Source: Ophelia neglecta (taxonomy: Eukaryota). Taken from it: DNA of 64,000 nt. The notes beneath the pieces are model-generated. The model ran no database searches. It was not told the DNA's origin and saw only the letters and a list, made by a program, of their open reading frames with translations. Below, in pieces: positions 53,033-64,000 of this stretch. Position numbers and translations under genes: made by a program. Numbering within the stretch: the first letter of the stretch is position 1; each line of letters begins with the position of its first letter. The stretch spans positions 93,558,001 to 93,622,000 of the forward strand of contig OZ260664.1 of NCBI GenBank assembly GCA_965285935.1. The letters run 5' to 3'.

Positions 53033-56000
53033 TATCGTCTACAAACAAACAATTGGCTAAACAACCTCATTTACGCTTTCGTAACTAGGCAAGTTGAATA
53101 CAATTATAGCCTATTATATATCATGATTGATATTACAGTGACTGCAGATGGTCATCAGATCTAGCAGATTCTCTACCCCCAATTTCGAGACATTAGTCAG
53201 TGTAACAAAAAAAAACTAGGATAAGGGAATTTAAATCTCGCTGTACTGATTTGAGCCAAACTTGCGTATGATGTTTTTTGCGCTGCTGCTGACGGTTCCT
53301 TCGGGCTGGTTTATTGTATCATTCCTGATTAATGTCTTTGAATTGTTTGCTGGACATTTGAAAAATGTATAGCTCATTATTTGATGCTTTGCTTGCTTAT
53401 TAAAATTGTAGTTGTAATTGTATTTTGTGATTATCCGTGCCTTCCGAGGACTCATTACACCTGTCGGTTATCTAGAGGAAAAGCATTTTTAATAAAGAGT
53501 GCTCTCTGAAGAAGCAGCTTGATTATAAACAAGACTATATTGTATGTTATAAGTAATACCTACATTCAATATTGAAGGAAAATTAAGTATGTCAGTTCAA
53601 GTACGTAGGTTTATTACCATCCGACAAAGAAATAAGTACAAACCAACAAATAACAATGGTATTAAGGAAATTACAAAGAAACATATTATATATAATCATA
53701 CTAGTGAAATTGACTGCAATTTGGCCGCATAAAACACAATTGTATATATTATGTTGAACGATGAAAAGGCCACATTTTTCATACTAAGTCAGCTAACTAT
53801 GTGGACACTCACGTCGGTGGGTACCAGAAATAACACTTGTGCGATTGTCAAATATACATGTGTGAAATAAAATACCTTTAAAATAACTTTTTAAGAACAA
53901 ACAATGGTAAACACAGGAATTATTAATAATAAGCTCAACATACTTGTTTGCTTAAGTATACGAGGTTGCTTTTATAATGCACTGCTGCATTTTAAGACTT
54001 AAAATTTGAAAACAACTTTATATGCGTTTGATATGTGAACATTTCCAGGCCCTAAGAATTCTCGGAAAGAAGAAATGACAATGTTATTGAACTGATTTAA
54101 ATTGTCAAGTATGTCTGCAGATAGTTAAAAGTACAGTCCAATATAGAAAAGGGTAACCAGTTTTATGTCTTGTTCCAGGCAAGGCCTGTTCACAAGTAAA
54201 AACTAATTTCACCTGGTATATATACCTGCTGAATCATTTCTCTCCTAAGTCATCTTAACTCCTCAGGGAAAATACACAGAACAGTCGCCGCAGCGCGAGA
54301 AATCTAATTCATTTGGCAACCAGGTAACCATTCGCCTCTTAGGTAGAGAGTGGTTCATTTGGTTTAAAGTCTTTGTCAGAGGTGATCGCCGGTCATTCAG
54401 TCTGGGAGCTGTGCTCGATACCAATTCGGCCACAGCGCCACAAATAATATAAAGGACCTTACGTTATCAAAATATTCTGAATTGCAAATTGTGGTGCGAT
54501 TTAAAATCAATTAAATGGCTTAGATATTTATGACCCCAGTAGAGCAATACTAACAAGCTGATGTTTATTCATGTTGCACAGGAAAAGGAAATAAAACATT
54601 TTTTTCATGTTGGAAAATGGTTACTTTAACGAAATTCCACAGGTGGCATTCATCACGTCCATTTACGTACTGCCAACTCTACTTGTTACATATCTCCGTT
54701 TGTATTCAACGCTTCGTACATCGGATCACCTATGGCAGTGGCATTTACTGAAAAGTACAATCACAGTTTGGTTGAATTAGAAGTTTTATCCCAAATGCAA
54801 CATTTATTTACATGTACGCAGGATGATATACAGTCATATTTGAATAACAATAATAATAATAATAATAGTTTATTGCCACTTCAACACATGTATATTGAGG
54901 TTAATCGTATGGAAACAAAATAAAAGATTTGCTAACAAAAGAACAAATGGTTTAGCAAAATAATTAATGACGTGTGAGACAAATGGAGTAATGAAGCATA
55001 ATGTTTATGGGCCAATGGCGTCTATTTTTACCATAGGTGACTGGCTGGGGTAACGGTGTCTCGTACACGTGACTGTCTGTGACAGCTACTTCATGGGCTG
55101 AGGGAGGCTCATGGTCCGATTGATCATCTTGTCCTGGTTCTGTCCTGGGAAGCCTTTTGGCCCTACGTCTGTAATAAAGAGACTGAATACAACGCAAACG
55201 AAGGTGAATCATTAATCAAGATGAGTCGGACTGAAATGATCAGGAACCTAAGTATATTCCGTGGGTGGACATATCATATTGCTAAGGTCTTGCAATGGCC
55301 AATTACAGCAGTCAATCTCGAATGTTGAAACACACATTTGCCCGTCGACTTATACTTTACGATTTTCTTAACAGGATTCCAACGCTTTGGTGTAAAGCGC
55401 GATTAACATATTCACTTTTACACACCTGATAAGAACGACAATAACAATTGTAACAAGAGCCGCTATGATTAGGAAGCCAACGACTGATCCGGCAACAGGA
55501 GCCGCAAGTCGAAACTGGCCAGATGGGCCCTTCGCCGGGTCTGGAGAGGCTACTGAAAACGTTTATATGATGATTAGTTGGTGAATAAACTGGCATACAT
55601 TTATAGCAGTTACAGTTGAATCAAAGTAAAAGTATCCATTGAGTTTATTTTATTGATCATGATTGATTACCTCGTCCCAGATCGGCCAATGTATTAGCTG
55701 AGACATTGTTTGCGTCCTGGGATTCTTCTGTCTTTCCACCGGGCAAGTGACGATACACGTTGACTCAAATCTGATACGTTGTGTTGGACAAAAGCCCAGG
55801 TAGCCTTTGGCTGTATTTCATAAAAACAGTATCTTCACTTATAGATCTTTCATATGATGTATTTTTTAATCTTGTATCCTCAAAAATGGTAATTCTGTAA
55901 CCATATACTGCTGTACTGTTTAATGGCATGTCTTCAACATGTGACCACTCGACGGTAATACTAGCACTGGTCACATTAGTTACATAAACATGGTTACTCT

Positions 56001-56130
56001 TTGGAAAGTCCACGTAACCTGTTAAAATATCAAAACAGTAAATAAGTGTCTATAGTGCATATACACAGACAATAGTGACTAATTGGCAAGAAAATGTGAA
56101 CAGAAACTCTAGTGACAAGGGAAAACCTAC

Positions 56131-56844
56131 TGATAGATACGTTACAGTGACTTCCTGCGTACCACGTGTCATAGGGAATCAGTTGACAGCCATGACTACA
56201 CACTCCACTGTATCTCTCACAGGTCTGTGTGTTAGGTAATGTCTCACAGTGACCACTGCAGCTGTACTCACAAGTCTCCCCGTCGTAGCCATACGAACAC
56301 AGGGTACACTGTCCACTATACCTTTCACACGTTGGAGTACCTTCATTAACAAAACACTTCGTACTACATGCTTTATTACAGTCGTCAGCAAAAAAAACGT
56401 TAATACAACCATGAATACAACTTCCATTTAATTGATTACAAGACGCAAATCCGTTTACTGGAAGAGCTTTACAATGGGTACTGCATCTTTGGTTGCAAAA
56501 ATCGTTGTACCACCCATCCTGACAACCCAAGCATATTCCATTTGTTTTGGCACACACAGGCTTTCCATTGACACTAGCACAGTATGAACTACAAGGACTT
56601 TCACACTTCTTGCCATAGAAACCATTGTTACAATCGTTGTTACAATCTCCTGTTTCTCTGCCACATGTGTTAGAGCCTGTGACAACACGACAACCACTGT
56701 TACAGGAGTTTTGACACTGTTCTCCGTAAAAAGGTTCCAAACATCCATTGACGCATCGTCCGTTAGAGATAGAACATGACCTGGACCCCAGAACGCTAAC
56801 GCAATTAGCACCACAATTGTGCCCGTACTGTTTGTCACCACATT
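56131..56844 (-). CDS. Paralog D exon 6: EGF-like repeats
   Basis: 714-nt open exon; matches ORF 56030-56740. Confidence 0.85.
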
Positions 56845-59800
56845 CTGCAAGATAAATTATTTATAAGTTTACACCATTTACAAGCTTTGTCAACTACTAC
56901 TGGTATACTGACGTATAAAATATGTTTTTATTTTCTAAAGAGTTAAAGCTGATGACCGAGCGATACCACAGGACGTTCTAGCGCACCTATGGTAAGTGCA
57001 AGGGAATCCCTTGTTGTGACACCTGTCGAAACATTGGTAATTACATTTGTTAAAGCAACAAGACTAGCATACAAGAATGGCTTGTGTACACTATACTATC
57101 TTCTTTTTTTTCATCGCGTATTCCTTAATATAAAGATAATTTTGCTATAAAATGTTTTACCACATTAGGTTAAAATCATTTTCTTACTACTATATTGAAA
57201 GTTGATATTGGTGCGGTTGACTCGTTAGCTTTGTGTTCTGAATCGCATCATGAAAAACTGTTAACTACTTCTCATTTCAACTGATATCAATGTTATTGTT
57301 CTATTGTTTTATTTTATGTTGTTAACATTAGAAGCTTGTTTACTGGTTTGGGGGGGGGGGGGTAGGGTGAGGATAGCTGCATTGGTGTATGTGGGCCTGT
57401 GCCTATTTTATAATGGACTATTCTTGATTAGTTCTTTGTCTGCTGGGTGTCCACTCCCGTTTTATTTTAGTCTGAACACCCTGTATATCGTTGAACTTAT
57501 GTCTCGGCGTGACGTGAATACGATTTCAAAAAAGTAACACATTTAACGCTAAACAAAGAACTAACATTAATTGTTTGATTAGACGTTAGAAAAAGATGGG
57601 TTACCTGTTTTACAATCTGGGTACTTAAATCCCGCAGTACACCTTGAGCAGCCAGTTAAAGGGTTACATGAATGGCATTGGTGGCTGTCACAATCTGAAA
57701 GAAAGAGCACCACCTTATAACGGGTGTAACTTGACAAGGCATATTATAGCGATGAGTACCACTCGGAAACCGATCATAAGAAGCACTGTATTTTACTTGG
57801 TCATATCTATCTTCCATAGGTCTTGAACTTAAACTGCTAATTTACACTTCATCTGTCCAAGTACATTAGGAACATGGATAAGACATTAATTAGGCACTTC
57901 AAATTAACCTCAACAAGTATACGAAACAAAAGCATTTAGATACGTTTTTAGAGGCGTCTTTAAACGCAGCATTAACTGGCACACACCTCGATGCATGCAC
58001 AATGTGGGAGACGGCTCCCCGGAGCTCCGAGGGTTGTTCTCATTGAGATATATTTTTCTTCCAAGACAACGCAACCTTTTAACTTATATTAATTCGATTT
58101 TCAAACAGTATACTTCTAGGATGTAGCATTTCAAATGTTTTGTGTTTTTTCAGTCTGATTAAAATCCCATGGAGCCTGTTTAATAATCACCTGATTCTAA
58201 GCTTGGTGGAACCTGGATTGAAATTAGCTTTAACTTAAACTTTTTCCTGTATCATATAACCACAGTCATAAGGGGATTGCGCGGTTATTGCTCAGCAATA
58301 AAAATCGGCTAAATTTGATTTCAAAAACTTTCTAATACTTGGAAAAGGCATCTTAAAGTTCCAAGAACTAACGTAGCTAGTTTGCGGATAAAGACTGGGA
58401 TTGCCCTTTATGAAATCAAAATGTACACCAATCGGATCATTAATCGGAGATTCCGCCGGCAACCAAGGCTTTATGTATGAAATGGCGCCCTGGAAAAAGC
58501 CATCAAGCTGGGCTTGCCGGCGAAATCCCGGCCTAATTTGCTCGACAAATGTGGATTTCGATTTCATAAACGGGAATCGGAGTCTATGATACAATAGTAT
58601 AATGTAACAGACAAAGTTCTCTGCATTAATTCCCACTATTTAAATTCAATATGCGTGAATACATTATATGCGTGTTTATTAAGAATCGGCCGAAAATATA
58701 AGTTCTGTGTCGAGTTTTTCGAAGCGCCAATGGTAGAATGGGCTGCCACTACTACATTTAAGAGAGGCGCGCGAGCCCTTCCTTCACCGGAAACTAGATA
58801 GCCTGTAGCTGGCTTGGTAGTCTGCGCGACAGGTGAGGGGCAAGCATATTTCTTGCATATACGTCGGTGGCTGGCGTGGAAGTCAGCGCGGCAGCCGATG
58901 GGGAGGAAGCACCGTCAGGCTCATATTGTCCATCAGTGCCAACTAAGTGAGTGAGCTATAGTGAGCTATCACATTAGAAACTCTAAATAAAACATCTTCT
59001 ATATATTTGTTGCTTGGTTATAACAACGGAAGGGCGGTTATATGTATATGCAGAAATCCTCTTTACAATGAAAGAGTAATTAAGTTTCGGCTAACATCAA
59101 TCCAGGTCTGGCCAAATATAGCATGTGGCAAAACTAGAGGTATAAGCCGTCTGGTAGGGGCAGTTTTTACTGGCGTACAGAGAAACATACTCTCCGAATT
59201 TATTAGAGTATACTAGAAGCGTTAAGAAAGGTTCTCTGATAGGTCCCCCAGCTTAGAGAAGATACACCTAATAATCGATGACTTATTTTAAAACAAATTT
59301 AGGTTCTAATTTCATTGTTCATTGTTTTTACCCATTCGTATTTATACAGTGCTAGGATGATTTGAATAATTAGAGTGTTAGTTATTACTGCGGTCATTTA
59401 TATGCTGTACGTGATGTATACATTTGAACACATAAGAACATATATCAATACTCAAAGGCGCTTGATCGTGTAGTCAAGTAGACGATATGTGGCCAACCAA
59501 TTGTTTAATTTGCTTCAATAGAAAAGTATAGACTTTGAATACGATAATTCGCTAGGGATCTCCTGCACTAAACCCTTATTTTTTCTTGAACATTAGGAAA
59601 ATGAAATGAGCCCTGTAGTTCTGGAGATGTGTGGATTACCATTCCTTTTTTGCTGGCTGATATTATAAACCGGATAAGTACTATTATTGGCAAAACAAAA
59701 TAGAATGTTGAAGGTTAATTAGCATGTGTAAATTCCGACAAACACGGCGGACTGACATATTGCAAATTTGGTTTCAATCTTCAGTGAAAGTTGATTGTTT

Positions 59801-59920
59801 TTAATGGATTAACGTAGTGATGCGTGCTATTTCTATTTGAAGAAGCAATACTTTTACTTAATGTTATGACGAGGTCCTCTTTATGGAAATAAGATTAAAA
59901 TGGTCAGTTGTTGAATTTAC

Positions 59921-60997
59921 CTATAGGTTGGTATCCATGAACCATCACCTCACACAGTCCAAGGAACTCAGGTTGTAGTCCACCTTTCCTGATAATAGTT
60001 ACATATCTACCAGTAACCTGTGAGTCACATATTATGGTGTCATGTCCTCCGTTGGGCACGGCTCGTGTATAATCCTTACAAAGGCTTGTTTGGTCACCAT
60101 CAGTAGTATAACCCATGCCAAGACGAAAGTTGCCGGTTCGTTCTATGAAAAGGACGTATTGGTATTAAGTGTAGATACCCAAAATTCGGAGGGCAATTAT
60201 TTATTATTATATCGAAATTGATAATGCCTGCGATGGAAAAAGTAAGCTATTCCGTAAGCATCGAAAAACCTATCATTGTTCTTCAATATAAAAGTGGGTA
60301 AATATTATTTAAACCGGAGACATGTGTTTTTATCCGCTGGTTATGATTGTTATGCTTGGTATATTGAACATTTTTATTCAAGTAAGAACTAGGAGCAGTC
60401 TTACTGCAGTAAGATAAAGAACATGATATCATAACAATGATTACGTTGTTGTAATAAACTAATGTGGGTGCGAATATAATCTAAACAAACGGTCCACAAG
60501 ATTTATACACAACAGCTCGATACGTCTGCTTTGGGGCAGCATGATGACTAATAAGTTTTGTTGTGTATTATTCTGTTTTAAATTAACTGTCTGTAGACGA
60601 CAACATTTGGATTGTTATATTAAATATATATCGTCGTATTTGTGTTTGGTTGTCCTAATCTATTTTCAATGTTCACAGAAGCAGGCAAATGCTAAACCTA
60701 TGCCTTGAATGGCGAATATAATCAGAACTTTGAATAAAGTCCATAGCGACAGTTCAATAATCTATACTTCGATTGACTTACTGTAAACATGAACATTTTT
60801 TCGATTGAAGATGGTGACACTGACAACTGTGTAGGCATCTTGTAGATCGACGTACCACCAGGCTCTGTTCCCGCCCCCAGCGTCAGGATGGGCACAATAC
60901 CGTTCTGCTGAGCCGATGGTGCCGTCTACGGCTAGACCCGCGTGTAAACCACCAAACGTTCCATTCTGAGAGGCCGGCTTTCCACGAGCTACATTAC
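59921..60997 (-). CDS. Paralog D F-type lectin exons 3 and 4 (60997-60782, 60142-59921), both open
   Basis: Same motifs and splice phases as paralogs A and B. Confidence 0.8.
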
Positions 60998-63869
60998 CTG
61001 TTAGAATAACAAGTGACGAATATGATATGATGTGCTTAATAATGTATGGTTTTAAGCCAATCGCTCTCAAAACTGCCATAATGTAATCGAAAGCTGGTCA
61101 AGTTGAACTTGTCTAATTCATTAGAGAGTTGAGCTCCGATTTTGGTAGGCGTTAGTAGGTAAATAGTAGTGATTGTGGAGGGCTGAATTGTCAGGGCAGG
61201 CTTGAAACGCCAACGACCATGTGTTACCTATTCTACAGCCAGTCCCAGTTCTCCGTATGCCGGCCGCCGAGGGATCATCAAACTGACACACTCCTGGGAA
61301 CAAACATGCTCCTGTCTTCCTGTCACAGCCAGATGTACACAGACAACATAACACACACCCAGCATTGGTATCGCCAAACCTGCACAGATCTGGGGACAGA
61401 GATGTAAGCTAAATAAATTCATTTGGTTCGCACATGCCTTGTGTCCTTTCATAATATACAAGTACTAGCTATGTATTTTGTTTCATGATACTGAGGGAAA
61501 AAAATTGTTAACGTCTCGATCACAAATTCGCTTTCTTTCATAATTTAATAATGAACACTACCTTAATCAGTAACATTACAACTCGGTCCCCTTAAACATA
61601 TTTTACAACTTCCACCCCATCCCACGCCGCGCGGAACGGAGGCCTTTCAAGCCCCTTAAGGTACGGCGCACGGTGTATGGCCAAGAAAATAGATCTATTG
61701 GACCAAATTACGATTGATCATCAAAAAATATCGTTCCACAACCTAGCGCAACGTTCGACTTGCTACCTTGCATCCACTAACCGTCCCACTTCAGCCCGCC
61801 CCCTGCCCCCCCCCCCCCCCCAACCTCTCTCTCGTTTCTACCCGCCCTACCCTCTTTTCCGAAAGAGCTGAAAGTCCATGTCTAACTTATCAAGTGATAT
61901 TCCTTCACTAAAGGCGTTTACCACTATACTGGGACAGTGTTTTCATCACATAGGCAGCACGTTTAGCTTATGAATGTCAAGCCAGCGTACAATCGAATCC
62001 ACAACAACAATGCTTTCGACACAGTTTTTGGTTTTGCTGTTTACACAAAGCCGCTTTTCACCATGTGAACCATTTTTGAATAGCTGTGCAACTTGATATT
62101 ATCATAAAGGAATGTAAATAACTCATATATTAATACAATATACTGCATATCTCAGGAATTTATATGGGCTGTTACTATTTTCACACTATAAAACAATGTA
62201 GGTCCTATATTATCCAGAAGTTTCTCCGAGGAAAATGTTTAATAACTGTTCCGTGAACGCAAAAATAATAGAGCGACACTCTTCCTAGCGGCCTAGTAAT
62301 CACACCTAGAAATTGTCAGTGAGGCTAGACGTTTTTCAGGTTAGCTGCAACATTGAGCCCCCCCCCCCCCCCCACACCCCCTACGCCGCCATACATAAGT
62401 GCCCTCATCACTACACCCATTAAGTGTTGGTTCTATATTCCACGTGTGCAGACACTCTGTAATTTATGTAACTTTATAGAATATAATTTAATATTTGCTT
62501 TTATGTTGAGCCATCCATTTACAATCATGACGCATTGTAACAGTTCTTTGTGTAACTGTGTGTTCTACATGTACCTGTATTGCGTCAACACTTTCTACCT
62601 ACATCTTTCTAAAAGTTTGCTTGTCGACAGCATGCATGTGGGTACACTGTGGAACCTACAACTAGTAGTGGTTTAAGGCAAATAAAGATAACATGCCTAC
62701 ATTTATACATGTATTCAGGACAATTTTACATATGGTTGCTTAGTATATACTGAGAAAAACGGTCGCAATCAATTATAACTTGGTGAGCCTTACACGCTTT
62801 TTTTTCACTATTGTTTTAAAACTTGCGCAGACTGTATGGAAGCGTCTAGGTTGTTTGAAATTTTGCATTGCTTTCTTCAATCTCCCACTGAATGTAAGTC
62901 AATTTTATGTGTATATATTGTTTGTCATGTGCATGTATTTTTGTCAGCTGACTCGAGTGTCTCGAATGAATCATCAAGCACGGATGCCTTTCACGATAGT
63001 GTAGAAAATCTGCCGAGCGATACACATCGTATTGTACCGATAAATACAGCCACACATGTAATGACTGCAGGATTACCATACCCGCTTTTTATGTTCACTT
63101 GAAGGTAAATGAACTTGCAACCTTTAGCAATAATGAAGCACCCCAAGCTCGTGCCTATACAAATACTTTCAGGTACAAGAACCAGTAACAGGACAAAATG
63201 TTGGAAGCAAACCAGCCAGTTCTTAAGAAAAGCGATAGCTTTTAAACAGACATTCGGCACAATTAGGTTGTACGAAGTCCAACTTGATTATGTTAAGACA
63301 TATTGGGCTAGTTCCCAGGAACCTTCTTACCGGCTGTCTTACAACCACTCTCGGAAATTGCGGTTTATCAATAAATGATATGTTTTTACCAATAAATGTG
63401 TATTATATATGTGACCCGGTACGACGCGCCAACTCAACTACGTTTAGGCCAGGTGCGTGCCGTTACAGTTTCGGAGCAGCCCGTTCTGGGCATTCGGAAA
63501 TACACAAGTGTCTTATCAATTGCCGGGCACACCGGAGAAAAAGCCTTTAATCGGCATCGTAATCCCACAAGGCGGTTCCATAAGCACACGTACCCCCCTA
63601 GTTAGACGAAATTTTAGTATTATACGATGAGAAAGTGTGATTCCATCTCGTGCACAAAGTCAAGGCAGTAATATTTAGTACATGTTTTTAGCCATTACAA
63701 AATTAAACATAATGAAATTGGCGCGGTAATGTATAAGGAAGCATCTTGCTGAACACATTTAATAGTAGAAAGCCTGTTTTGTTTGAATAATTTCAAATTG
63801 CCGACAATAATCGCTTTCATTACCATGTTATGATTTATTGATTTAATATACAGGTTACCATCCTGAAGT

Positions 63870-64000
63870 CATTACAACCTCGTGGTTTCCAGGCCTATTA
63901 CCACAGGTTATACAACAGACTTATTACCACAGGTTGTTCTCCCTGTTTATTTGCTCGGCGTGTACACCAGACGTATTTACACGAGGTGTACACCAGACGT
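63870..64000. repeat. 26-bp minisatellite, intron 1 of D (runs off the window)
   Basis: Same consensus; the last 49 bp match window positions 1-49 at 48/49. Confidence 0.85.

Larger units (their letters stand above)
54686..61389 (-). pseudogene. Receptor paralog D (exon 1 beyond the window): nonsense codon in the FN3 exon (pseudogene, or TM-less secreted form)
   Basis: Exons 61389-61228, 60997-60782, 60142-59921, 57694-57605, 56844-56131 (in-frame 12-nt deletion), 56018-55671 with TTA>TGA at 55767-55765 (TYQI* versus TYQIL), 55540-55426, 55168-55032, 54747-54686. Confidence 0.8.

Overview
AT-rich eukaryotic DNA from an invertebrate, most likely a mollusc or other lophotrochozoan; the taxon is inferred from gene and repeat types only. 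The window is a tandem array of 14-20 kb duplicated units. Each unit holds a 10-exon minus-strand gene, reconstructed by hand from splice sites and reading phase, for a type-I receptor: signal peptide, Cys-rich EGF-like module, F-type lectin (fucolectin) domain split by an intron, MEGF10/SCARF-like EGF repeats, FN3, TM, and a short non-catalytic tyrosine-motif tail. Four paralogs are present. A (5191-20799) and B (24742-34666) are open, C (38572-50808) is frameshifted, and D (54686 to beyond 61389) has a nonsense codon before the TM. The signal exon of a fifth copy lies at 733-805. Paralog differences in the lectin domain cluster in the predicted sugar-binding loops. Tails come in two forms: ITAM-like YEEL-x6-YEEF, or a stop at exactly the second Tyr. 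Paralog relationships switch from exon to exon. Each unit also carries a decayed, unidentified plus-strand gene head-to-head with a receptor, a MITE, a 26-bp minisatellite and a LINE ORF1 relic. Unit-specific insertions include an Academ-like TIR element containing a CR1/L2-type LINE with a 2A-like motif.
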